The notes below the pieces were generated by a model. The model did not search any database. It saw nothing but the letters and a program-made list of their open reading frames with translations, and was not told where the DNA came from. Of a DNA stretch of 64,000 nucleotides, positions 1 to 12,366 are shown one piece after another. The DNA is from Hydrolagus colliei (taxonomy: Eukaryota). Both the position numbers and the translations under genes were made by a program. The stretch lies in contig CM068755.1 in assembly GCA_035084275.1 (NCBI GenBank), positions 13,578,001 to 13,642,000 of the forward strand, read 5' to 3'. The number at the start of each line of letters is the position of its first letter. Within the stretch, counting starts at the first letter, position 1.

Positions 1-150
1 AATAATCCTTACATTTGACCTAGTGCTTTTCGTGTCAGAAGGAATATCTCAAAATGCTTCACAGGATATACTGTAAAGTGGAGCGTCTGTGTGTTTTGTG
101 GGCAAATGTGGCAGTTAATTTGCAACCAGGAATGTCCAGCTATGAGGTGA
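1..150 (-). mobile_element. SINE 3' fragment (further fragments at about 11156-11240, 16284-16450, 23760-23873, 27398-27640, 32490-32580, 54620-54750)
   Basis: AATAATCCTTACATTTG...GCTTCACAGGATATACTGTAAAGTG. Confidence 0.7.
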
Positions 151-3100
151 AGACCAATTTCATTGAAGGATTGCTTTCCAGAAAGTGGGAAAACATTATA
201 CAGTATTATGTATAATCCATTCACAGCAAAATCACTTCTAATTGTTTTAGAGATTAGTTTTACCATCATTGTTTTTAATAGATAAGAGGTGTGAGTAGTC
301 AACTAGTGATGATTTAATGGATGGTAAGAAGTAACGGACTGACAATTAATTGACTTTGAGGCATCAGGTTTTCCTCCAATGACAAATGTGCAACATTAAT
401 TGTTCAATCAATATAAATCAGACACGCTAAGTGTCTAAATTCTACATGAAAATAACCCATTTTTAACCTATGTAAACATGATACTTTAGTTTGCTAACTA
501 AAGGGTGTTCTTTCTGCATACTGTATGTTGCAAAATTAAATACGATAATTATTGTGAAAATTACACAAGACACCAGTACATTTTGCGAATCTGGTGGGGA
601 TCATATAATAGCGTTACAAGAGCACATGAAGCCAGCTGCTGTTTCTTCACATCCTGTCCTGAAACTAACTAGAAGTATACATTTGTCAGGAATTTATTTT
701 ACACTTGCTTTAAGGTACAGTATTTGATATTGATTAGATGAAACTCCATATCAAATTGCAACTGTGCTTTTGTGTCCCAAACTATCACGAGCTGCAGTTT
801 TACACTGTAAAACTGTAATTTTTTACTGTAAGCCGCTTTCATTTGAAGGCTAGATTTGATTTTTAAAAATGTAAAACTTTATATTGGCACGACCAGTGCC
901 GAAGAACATTGTTTCAAAATAAAGTCAATTAAAATATCCTTCAGATTGGTTAATTAAGTGACCATATCTGTCACACACAGTGTGCAGCTGGAGGGAACGG
1001 GCGTGTAGTTATCGCATTGGGTCACATTGAGTTGATAAATGAAAGGTCAGTTACACCATAACCCTAGCAAACAGGCTTCTTCACGTAGCTGTGGGGGAAG
1101 AGAGCCTTCACACTGTTGTCAGTATTGCAGCTAGTAATGCTGTAGGCTGTGAGAACGTTGCATGTGTAATCTCTGTGCACGGAATCTTTTTTGTGTGGTG
1201 AGCTCATTTCACACTCACGAAGCAGGAAGACACCTTACTATTGGAGGGTGGACAGATTGGCGTTGATTACCGTTCAGAATGTGGGCTGAGGAGTATGAAG
1301 CATTGGCACACAAGAGTCTGCCGTGTGAAGTTGAAGCCGAACCTGATGCACGAGATGATAGGATTGTCAGTCCACCGTGCTGGTTGAAAGCTGTACCGTT
1401 TCAATAGTTGTCAGGGATACTGACTCGCAAAGCTGTGTGGAAGAAAAGGGAGAAAAGGCATTGTGCTTCAGGTGATCCTTGGTAATAGTGACAGCAATTT
1501 ACTACACGTAGCAAGTTGTAAAGATATAGTTAATGCTGCCAAGGGAAACCACTGGAATTCTGAAAAACAGAAAGCATTGCAGGCTTGCAGTCTGCTTGAC
1601 TGCACTTGAGTTGACGCTCTGAGGATCGGCTGAACTGTCTGTTGTAGCATTTGCTTCTTGGCTGAAACATGGAAGAACAAATGTGTGTGTTTTGCTTTAT
1701 ATTTTTGCACTGAAGGAAGAATTCTCAAGTGTTCCTTGTATTTGGTGGGTAATCTCTCTCTATCTCTCTCACAATATCAAATATTGGAAAAATACAGGTA
1801 TGTTTCTTTGGGTTTGTTTTTGTGTGTGTCTGAAATGTATCAATGATCTGATTTCAACATCCCTTCCTTCGCAAGTAGTATGGTTGCAAAGAAACGCTTG
1901 AAATCATTTGCTCGGCACTTAATAAGTTAATACTATTATATACTCTGTTTTGCCTTTTGTTCTGCTTAAATCAAAAAGACTTCAAGTGTTATACAGAAAG
2001 CAAAGATTGCTCGTGTAAGTAAATCCTATTTGATCTTTCAGAGATGTAAATTTCATGTGTATTACTGTCTCAATGATCAGGCTTTAACAATGGTCATTGA
2101 AACAATTCTTAGCTGGGGGGGATGGGGGGGAATTGTTGTAAGATTTTTTTTGCAGTGGTGTACACTGTTTCCCCCTCCCCCAGTCAGTTGATAAATAGAA
2201 GCGAAAATATTGTGCAGCAACTGCTCTGTGAAGCCACACATTCCTGATTAATCTCCCTGGACCAACAGGCAGTCAATAGCATCCACAACAGCAGCGCAGG
2301 CACAACTAAGCAGGCTTTTTTTTTAAAAATGTAACATTGGATTTTGTTCAGAACTGCTGTCAGGGAAAGCTGGGCAGTTGTTCTCTCAGGTTCTGTTCTC
2401 CTCTGTTCCTTCCTATCAGCTTTTTTTGAGCCTTTTTTTTGACATGGGAATATATCGTTTGATGATCACTGATTCTGTCACACCCAAATCACCCTCTTTT
2501 TTTTAAAAAAGGTTTATCCCCATCCTTTAGGATATACTAAATCCGAAATGACACAGCGCCCGATGGTGCTGATGAAAAATCCCATGCCTACTACCATGGT
2601 TGTGCATTCCACCATTAAGTTGAAAGCTCCCAAATGGTATGTAATGGGTTCTGCATTTAAAGGCGCCTTGCAGCCTCACCAAGGAGAGGTTTCACACAGC
2701 ATTTAGTTAATGTCCAAAAGCACTGTGGTGTTGACTGGTAGGGAAAGTTTGCCCAACAGTAGATGTTATGTGTCTGGGAGAAGTGAAAAGTTCTGTAGTG
2801 TGACACTTGGCTTATTCTTTTGCTTCAAATATTTTTTGAAAATCAATGCTTGGCAGGTTAGGCTGGTCAGACCCAACCAATGATGAACTGCCAACACCGT
2901 GCCATCGGTCTTGCCACTGAATGCTCCTCCACTAGCTTCTCTGGTAAATTATCTTGCAAAGCCATTGATCAGGCTGGATGTCCTTTAAGAGACAGTAGAC
3001 CTTTTGTTGATTGAACATTCCGAATATAGTCTGTTATGCGGTGAACTCCCATCAATTAGCAATTCCATCAAAAAAAATTCAAAAAGCCTCAATATTCGAG

Positions 3101-3625
3101 AAACATAGAACACTTAAAACACAATTCTCATTTTAGGTTGAATGAAAAATTCTTAGCCAAAGTGTGAAATATTTCCTATGTGAGTTTTTTTTTAACAGTT
3201 AACTATATCTGGTACAGCAATATAAAGCCCTGTTCAATCGAGAAGGAGTGCCAGATTTATAATTTTTTGTTCTTGTGTTCAATGAAATTATATAATTTAG
3301 TCCTAGCCTCCAGCTAGCTTATGATTTTTTTAAATATTGCTGGAATTCTCTGAATTGCTAACTGATGTACTTCACAGCATGTACAGGATTGCAACTGCCT
3401 AGATTTTGCAAACTGCTACTTAATATGACAGCATTAGTTTTTAAGAGACCTGTTTTAAAGGTGGGATAACTGCTGTCTTATGGAGCAAGGAGCCCAAAGA
3501 TATTGTTGTCAGTAATCAGGCAGTTCTACATAGGCTGAGCTCTTTCTTGAAAGTCTTTCAAACACCCGAAGAATTTAAATGAACCATTAAAGGGAAACTA
3601 GAATATATCTCAGAGAATTATTTTC

Positions 3626-3770
3626 ATAGAATCATAGAATTATTCAGCACAGAAGGAGGCTATTCAGCCCATCATGTCTGCCCTGGTTCTTCGAAAAGAG
3701 CTGTCCAAATCAGTCCCCAATTCTCTCTCCATAGCTCTGCAAAAAACTTGTCTTCCATAAATAGTTATCT
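3626..3770 (-). mobile_element. CR1-type 3' tail fragment (similar at about 20450-20505)
   Basis: CATAGAATCATAGAAT 8-mer tail followed by CAGCACAGAAGGAGGCTATTCAGCCCATC. Confidence 0.7.
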
Positions 3771-6700
3771 AGTGGCAATTATTTTGACAATATGTATTGC
3801 CCTCCCATTCACCATCACAATGTTCTTTCTTTTTCTTAGATCAAATGTGTGCCTGACTCATGCGGAAACCTGTCACCATGCTTAAGAGTATTGTGATTTC
3901 CACATGCATCAGATACCCAGTTGATGTGCTTTCTGAAAGCAGAACGAGAGGACTGGGATGTGTTCGACTTTGCCAAGAGTTTGGGGGAATTAATAGGATA
4001 GGCCTTTGTTAACGTAGGAGATTAACCAAAAATGACGGAACAAGACAGACTTTATTGAATGTGTTGTGGATTGGCATCTCAATCAATATGGGACTTTTAA
4101 CATGTAAACACAAGACTATAAAGCACGTCATTTGATACCAATTTCATTTGGTTACTCAATTTGTGGCGAACCAAAACAAAGTCCTGTTTCTGTGAAAGGG
4201 TAAATAATTCTGAAATTTGCGCAGAAACTAGGATTGAGTTTTCCAGGAGGTATCATGGTCATATCTGGTATTGCTCTACAACAAAATAGTACAAGATGGG
4301 ATTTTTGTTTCTGTATTACATTGATTTATTAAGAAAAATTGGTCTGCAAAATTCTAATTTATAGACCGCATACTATAGTGGCCAGTAAAGCCAATGGAAA
4401 CTGGTGAATGCAGGTAATGCATTGCAGTTCTGATAAAATAGAGCTTTGACTAGCTATTCATGTATTGAGATGGTTATGCCTCAATTCCTTACATCTCAGC
4501 AGTGAAATATTTCTCTTAATTCTATCTGAGTGTAAGGCCAGCATTTATATTAACATTCCCCTTGAATTTAATTTGCCGGGGAACAAGTGCTTGATTAGGG
4601 CGAGTGGTCTATTTCTGTATTGTACATCCTTTGTAAGTGCTACTTTACTGTAACTTCATACAGACAAATATCCTTTTTATAGTTAAATTAGTATTTCAGC
4701 CATCAGTTGAAACATTATTATCCATTGACATTTTTATCAGCAGTTCACAGCATCGTAATACATTGGTCGAATGGTAATCAGACAGAAAAAAAAATGCTTT
4801 GCTGTGCATTAAATACTTATTTATAATTCTACAGAAGTGTCTAGTGCCTATTGAGTTACAGTTTCCTTATTGTTACGAAAATTTAATTTATGTTTTGAAT
4901 CTGATTTTTAACACTGGCTGTATTTTCTCATATTGAGGAGACAAATATTGTCATTTTACTCTAGAATTTACTTACTATTTTTACGACCGATTTACCTCTA
5001 AAAGGCAGACTCAAGTAGTGACTCATGTTTTACAACTTCAAATGTACATTAAAGGACCTTACGGTTTGCCACAGTTATAATGTGTTATTACCTTAAAAGA
5101 CTCTTCCTGTGTCTATTTACACACAATCCGTATAGATTCCTAGTGCCCAATGCTGCAATCAAAACACAAGACATGGATTTTGGTTGTCAAGTTACAGTAA
5201 AATATAGTACTTTATTTAAAGCATCAATGGTATTGATTGCATTGGCAACTTCCCATTGAAATGCCTTATAAGATGAATGGTTATTTTTGTCAGTTCCGCA
5301 TCCAAGAGAGATAGCACAGAAACAAGTCCTTTTCCAAAATACTCTAATTGGTATTAAAGTTAAACGGCTATGGCATCTCAGCTCCAGTATTAAAACATGG
5401 GATTTCAATGCAAAACTCAGCTGATGTTTAGCCCATCTCTGGTCTTGTTCATCGAATTTTGCCTGCTCTTGGCTGGTTGATAGGAAGTCACCTTTCACTG
5501 TGGAGGAAAGAATTGTCAAGAAGAATTTTGCAGGAGAAATTCTTCCTTTCCATTGTGGCTTGTTACACAGCAGCATTAAGAACCCTACAGAAACTACAGC
5601 AGCAGAACTCTTACTGTGCTAGTTGCTGAACGAGTTGCATGGAAGCATCAAAGAATTCAAGAGAGTAAAGCCAATTTCAAAAGACTCCATCCCTCCCCTG
5701 CCCACAGACACACATGCAAATCAAAATGAACGTGATGTATAAGATTATAATATTTTTGATGCAGTAATCATTACATGATTGCATACTTTAAGAGCATTGG
5801 TGATAACCAGGGTTAAAGGCCCGATATATCAAATCATTACCTCATCTAACCTGCACACACTTTGCCCATGAATTACTGGCTTTGCTTGGCCAGTTAAGCA
5901 AACAAGGGTAGCACTTATGATATCACCATTATTTAATGAAAATTGAATGGTATTAGATAAATGTGATTAAAATAATGCCAAATTTGGGAATTTGGCAATA
6001 AAACAACTTAAACGCCTTAGCACTATTTGATAAATGACACAGGATCCGTGACCACTTTTTTTTCAGTGAAAAGAGGATGTTATATCTGTAATAAGCTGGT
6101 GGAAAACAACAGCAGCAAAAGAAAATTACACTTATAGAGCGCCTTTCGCGTCAGGAAAATAGTTGAATTTGAATAATATGCTCCTAAATTGAGTTCTGTG
6201 ACAAAATATTTCACATTCTGTGTTAACGTGGAGAAATCAATTTTTCCACCAGTGTGGATGAGGGATTTTTTGCCTTCTCATGCAGGTTATTCTGCCTGGG
6301 GGCGTGGCAGAGAATATCTTCTTGCTGTATTCAAATTGTATTTTTAACGTTGTAAGTAATGACAATTCGTAACCCTAATGATGCTTTCGCTTAGGTTTAT
6401 CCCGGATGAAACTTTGCGGGACATGGTTTTAATAGGTAGTAATATGCTCCTAAGATACCTTTCCATTTCACAAAGAGTTCAATTGGGAACTTATCGGTGA
6501 AACATTACAGTTGATTAACTGAAATTCTGTAGAACCCACACCATACGAGAGCGTGATCATAAACGATTTAAATTTACCGCTTTAAATTAGTTGGCGTTCC
6601 AACAATTCCAAGCAACTCTTTCTGTTTCAATTGAACAAAACACCTCTTCTTCCATGAATCATTTTTAGCATCTTATATAACTGGAATTATATAACTGGAA

Positions 6701-7073
6701 GTCGATATATCTGCAGAGATATCTAATATAGGATCCCAGGGTGTATATTTTTAAACGACCACAATATCATGAACTTAAAAAAGTTTTGTTCAAAGTCACA
6801 ATAGCAATAGGTGGCCTTGTAGATGACTTTAATTTTGCACAAACCTTTTGAAAACGCAGGACTTGTGAAAATATGTACTACATGACTATATTTCCTTAGT
6901 TGTATATATCTAGTTGACTTGCGAGAGTCCTGTGGTGTATTTCTTGATGTATATATTTGCCATTGAATGCGTTTATCACTATAGCTGTCGACTTTTGACA
7001 CACAGACAAAAATGCTTAGAATTATAAGTGGTTTAGTACTAATGACTTTTTTTCTTCTTCTGTAACAACGCAG

Positions 7074-7358
7074 GCAGACATGGAATATCCAGCCAGTTCA
7101 GTGCTGTTGGTCTTCCCCCAGGACTTATAACTGCTGTCTGATGCAAATACAGGCTGACTGCTTTCTGGCAATTGGCTCCGTACAACATATATAGCTTTCA
7201 GATGCTACCTGCTTGCTAACTTGTAGGACGCACGCAGCTTGTTGCTTTTATTTTAATGCAGAGAAACAAAGATGTTCATGTTTAAATGCTTGCAGTTCTC
7301 ATGGTCTCGTTTAACGCTGGTATTTGCTAGGAATTGGTGATACCTGTTGCCTCCCCAC
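7074..7358 (+). other. UNC13C: UNC13C 5' UTR portion of the large first coding exon
   Basis: Branch-like TACTAAT (7037-7043), polypyrimidine tract and CAG acceptor at 7071-7073, upstream of the ATG at 7359. Other AGs (7295, 7330) could also be used. Confidence 0.6.
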
Positions 7359-10300
7359 ATGGTTTCTTCTCTTTTGAAAAATCTCCTCGAGTCCTACATC
7401 TTAAAGCTTTACAAAGGAATGTTTGCTCGGAAACAAGCAAACACAACGAGAAAGAAAGAGAGCAACCTAGACAAAAAGGAGCCAAAGCATACACAGCAGG
7501 TCAATCCAGTTCGGAATCAGAAATTTTCATCCAATCTAAAAAGCACAGTTAGGAGAATAGCGAAATGCCAATCTGCCCGCAATCTATCTGTTGAGGAAGA
7601 GGAAGGGAAGACCGAGTATTCGCTTTCTCCCACGTTGAGCTACCGGGTGGCAATAGCTAATGGACTGCAGAAGAGTGTGATTCCACCCAATAATGAGGGC
7701 GTGTGCCCAGAAGTATGGTCTGTTGATAGTGGCACCTCTGAATCATTGAATGAAGTAAGCATTTCGCATAAAGGGAAAGAGCGCCGGTCACGGACAATGC
7801 CGGTGAGGAGGAACAGGAAAAGTGTCAGTAGCCTCGCTCCGTCTGATGGAAGCTCAGATGGAGAACGTACTCTGCTGAGGCTGGGCGCGCTGCGCAAACT
7901 TCGCAAGTGGAAAAAAAGTCAAGAATGCATCTCCTCAGAGACGGAAATGAGCAGTTGGAAAAAAACGCTCGGTTTTAGGAGCAAGTCTTTGGACAGAACG
8001 GGTCGAATGCAACAAAAGAGCGCCATGGAGCCTTCGTTCAGTTCCACTGGCTGCATCAGTCAAACCCACGATGTCATGGAAATGATCTTTAAGGAACTCC
8101 AAGGAATAAGTCAAATAGAAACCGAGCTGTCTGAACTACGGGGGCATGTTAATTCCCTTAAACAGTCGATTGACGAAATCTCCAGCAGCGTGGAGGTGGT
8201 GCAAAGTGAGATTGAGCAACTCCGCTCCGGATTTGTCCAGTCCAGAAGGGAAACCCGAGATATACACGACTACATTAGACAAATTAGCTATCAAGGAAGC
8301 AAAGTGAGCCTGCGATTCATCAATGTTCCCGAGGAGCTCCATGAGAATACAGAAAACGTCATTTACGGAATCGTGGAAGAAAGGTTAGGGCTTACGGATG
8401 CTCGAACAACTGTTAAAATGGAACTTGTTCACAGGCTAGGGCAACGGAGAGACTGCGCTAATGCCAAGCCCCGTCCTATTCTTGTGTATTTTGACAGTCC
8501 ACAAAATAGAGATTTAATTCTCAAAAAGTGTTACAAACTGAAAGGTTCCGGCATCGGAATCTCTACAGAAATCTTTAACGACCTCCACAGCAGAAAAGAA
8601 TATTCGCTTCCCCCCAAATCTCAGACGTACGAAAGCATGAATATGAAATTGACAACGGCTGACGAGGAATTCAGAAGGGATCAGTGGGGATCACCTGATT
8701 CCAGCGATAAGGAGGTAGAGGAAGACTTTAATAGCCACAGCTTTGAAATTAGTTCTGAAACGTTTTTCGAAAAACTGTCCATCTCCACAAAGAAAGGGGC
8801 AGAATCTCACAATCTTGTGAACATTGACCGGACTGTGGTTTGCAGTTCGTACTTGAACTCAACGCAACTGTGCGCGGATGACAGCTTTCACTCTTCAGCT
8901 TTTGAAGACTCTCAGAAACAGAGAGAGCCTTATTACAGCGAAGCGACACCATCTTGGACGCTACAAGGAGATTACTCGACGCCCAAACTCAGCCGTTCAG
9001 AGTCTGATTTTTCCAAACTCTGTCAGTCAATATCGTACTCTGAAGAATTTTCAGATACTCAGTACTTCACCAGGGCTGATGGTACCTCAGTCATGTCAAC
9101 TTCGGAGAAAGATATTTGGTCAAGAGGAAAGGAAGAGGCGGCATCTGGGTGGGTTGGCAACGCCGATAATCAGCAGTACGATTATGAGGACCAACAATAC
9201 GTCGAACAGAACGAGGTAGAGAACACTGAAACTGGCGACAGTGGGGTGAGTAACGGGATACTCTGTGCGTCAGGGGACCAAAGTCACTACAGTGACTCCC
9301 AGTTGTCTTTGCAAGGGGATCTCTCACCGTGGAAAGAATGGCAGCCGTTACAACAAGGTTTGGACTCTGGTTTAGATACTTCGCAACATGCCTTTGTTTC
9401 TGAAGGCAATAGTCCATCCGACCAAAACGTCCTGAATTACACACCCGATTTTGATGAATGTTATCAGGCCGCTGGTCTGGACTATGAAGAGGAAAAGTAC
9501 GAGACGACACTCGACGGTGTCCCTTCAGCGTGCCAGGACTTGGATGGGACATCCCAAGCTCAGTGGGACAGCAACTACGACTCCTACCATGATTCGTATT
9601 CCAATGACCATTATCAAAACCGACCCACGCTGAGATGTCGGAGTCAGAGCGAGCTGCATGGTGAGAGCGAACCAATGGTGACTCCTCCCAAAACCTGGCA
9701 CAGCCGGCTGAGTATTGATCTGTCGGACACCGGTTTCAGCTTCGAGAAGTTCGGCTCGACCCTTCAACGCGCTAAATCCGCCTTGGAGGTTGTCTGGAAC
9801 AAAATGGACTCCAGAAGCACCCAAAGTCTGAGCGGGTACGAAGAAGGAGAATCATCCACCGGTCGCTTCAGGACGTTGTCTCAATCTACAGCGGACGCCT
9901 CCTGCGCCACTCTGGATTCCGATGCGTATTATGAGCCTTACTATTATAGAGCCGAAGACGACGAGAGCAGTGATCAGGCCGCGGAGAACGAAACCGATTA
10001 CGTCGAGGTGATGGAGCAAGTGCTTGCAAAACTGGAAAACAAAACGTTCCTTAAAGAAAGCGAAGAACTGTCACCGTCATATGAGCCCGCAGAAGAACTG
10101 AGTGTTCGAATGTTAGACAAGGGCTGCTACGAGATGCCTTATGATAACAGCATTACTGAAGACTTCGAGCCTGAAGAACTGTCAGAGGACATGTTGGGCT
10201 CAGAAGACACATTGGGGTCGGAAGACATGATAGAAGCCGAAGTTATAATACAGCCTGACTATATGATAGAGTCTGAATATGTGATAGAGTCTGAATATGT

Positions 10301-10521
10301 GATAGAGTCTGAATATGTGATAGAACCTGAAGATATCATTGAGCCTGAAGAAATCCTTGAGCCTGCATCTGAAGTCGTAGGTGAAGAGGAACCACCCGCT
10401 GAAAGTCAAGCTACAGAGGAACCTTCTGAAGCTCCAAAGAAAGTTAAAATGCGGCCTACATTCAAACAAGCTGCGTTCAGGGCATACAAACAACAAGTGG
10501 AAGAGGGGATACTAACTGGAG
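7359..10521 (+). CDS. UNC13C: Munc13-3 coding exon 1 (3163 nt): N-terminal region with coiled-coil/ORF1p-like block and acidic low-complexity tail
   Basis: MVSSLLKNL...SLSPTLSYRVAIANGLQK...LGALRKLRKWKKSQEC...THDVMEMIFKELQGISQIETELSELRGHVN...ETDYVEVMEQVLAKLEN match the UNC13C-specific N-terminus. Donor GAG|GTACTA at 10522, phase 1, fits the next exon. Confidence 0.95.
10183..10368 (+). repeat. Coding 18-bp (6-aa) tandem repeat; three perfect units at 10264-10317 encoding IESEYV
   Basis: TGATAGAGTCTGAATATG x3, flanked by degenerate hexads (LGSEDT, LGSEDM, IEPEDI, IEPEEI). Confidence 0.9.
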
Positions 10522-11829
10522 GTACTAGTAATACAGGAATAATGTTAGACCCAACATTGTTTTAAATTAATGGTCAAATGTAAATGTGGCATAGAATGAT
10601 GTGGCATTGAAGTTTGTACTGTGCATAGTTCTTGCTCTTAGTGACCGTTGTTTTTGGAAATAACATGGGAGGCAGTTACCATAGAATAATTTCTGGATTT
10701 ATTTTCTGCATCTCTTTCTGGCTAGTTCAGTGAAAGAATCCCAAAAGCAGGTTCACGCCATTGATGGGATTTTGTGTATGTCGCGAGACTATGAACAGAA
10801 TTGACATTTAACAGAAATCCGGCCAGAAAGGATCTTAAATGGCCAAAATGTGTGTTGAATGTTACAATTGTATCACTTTAATGTGCTCTTAAACTAAAAA
10901 ATCGCAGAGCAAATTTTTTTTTAACCTAGCATGCTTTTTTTTCTCAGAGTAGATCTAATGCTGAGGTTTACAAAATTGAACAGAATAGATTGTCTTTCTC
11001 CAAGACAAACATGATGATTGACACCTTGATCATTTCTACCTTTAGATTGTTCTTTTAAAGTAAATATTGCAAAAAAGGGCAAACATTTCTGCTAAAAGTA
11101 CTCTACGTAGGCTAGGTAACAAGTTGGACTAATTTATGTAGCAACCGATCTCTTATGAATAATACACAATATTCCTTGCATTTGACATAGCGCCCTATCA
11201 CATTATTGAAATGTCTCAAAGCGTTTCACAGAATAGTCTGTGGAGGAATTGACTTTGGGGTGAAATGATTAGAGAGCAACCTGGAGTAGGAGGCCTGATT
11301 TGTGCTTCTTGCTCAGGATTGCATGTACGCCCGGTTGAAAAGGAACACGCAGATTTGGAGTTCTTTGCATGTGCAGCTGAGCTCTAAAATCAGGCGTTAG
11401 TTTCTGAATGTTAACCAAGTTAGGTCAGGAGAGGAACTTCAGCCTTGTTCTTCCATCTGATTTATGGGGCCTATATTGTGGCAGATCACCATAGTAGCAT
11501 TGCAGTAGGACACCGCTGAACTACTTTGCTGAGGACATAATGCTTTGCACAGCTACAATTGGACTTTTGTTTTTATTTTCACGAACTGTATGCCGCAGCT
11601 TGCAGTGAACGGCTGATAACTCGTCACTTCAAGGGAAAGGGACTCAAAGGGACTCAAATCTTATTATCTCCAGACCAATCTATCCTGAGAGTTCTTGGTA
11701 TACAAACTCAAGTTAAATCGATTCACTTTCTAGTGAGACTGAGGATACCCATTGCTATGGAGTTTACCCTCTCTCCCCTGTTTCATTTATCGATCCACAA
11801 CCATTTGTTCAATTAAGGCTGGAGTGTAA

Positions 11830-12147
11830 AGTTCCTGTAGCTCAGTGGTAGAGCACTCGCCTTACAAGCGTAAGACTTGTGTTTGAATCCAGGCAGATCA
11901 GGGCGATACCTTTGGTAAATTTCCTTACTCCACACACTTAATAATAATCCCTCCAAAAAGAACACAATAATAAAATTGGTCATTTCAATCCACGACTGTT
12001 TGAGGGACTCTGCTGTGCACAATTGGCTGCCGCGTTTCGCCCACAAATATACAGTCAATTTACTTTACAGTATATTCTGTGAAGCACTTTGAGACATCGA
12101 TAAGATGTGAAAAGCGCTATATTAAATGCAAGGATTATTATTATTAT
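11830..12147 (+). mobile_element. tRNA-derived SINE with Deu-like core, full length
   Basis: A-box TAGCTCAGTGG, B-box-like motif, GCTGTGCACAATTGGCTGCCGCGTTTC core, ATGCAAGG(ATT)n tail; many copies in the window. Confidence 0.9.
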
Positions 12148-12235
12148 GTTAAATCCAATTTGATAGTTTCAGAAGTGATAGTTTCAGAATGAAATCGATC
12201 CAATCAGTTGAAACGTAACAAAAGTTGATCACTCT

Positions 12236-12366
12236 TAATATAATAATAATAATAATCCTTGCATTTGACAAATAGCACTTTATCACATCTTTGAGATGTC
12301 TCAAAGTGCTTCACCGAATATACTGTAAAGAAAATTGACTGTATATTTTGTGGGCAAAACCCGGCA
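12236..12366 (-). mobile_element. Same SINE family, 3' fragment
   Basis: (AAT)nCCTTGCATTTG...TACTGTAAAG...GTGGGCAAAAC. Confidence 0.85.

Noticed and set aside
10264-10325. CRISPR-like array
   Set aside because: Contiguous 18-bp coding tandem repeat without spacers in a vertebrate gene.
7640-10496. Antisense and alternative-frame ORFs within the large exon (e.g. 9091-9675, 194 aa)
   Set aside because: Shadow ORFs of a GC-richer coding exon with no recognisable motifs.
7347-10565. 1072-aa ORF as a complete single-exon gene
   Set aside because: It starts at a TTG; the homologous start is ATG 7359 and the frame splices at 10521 into downstream UNC13C exons.
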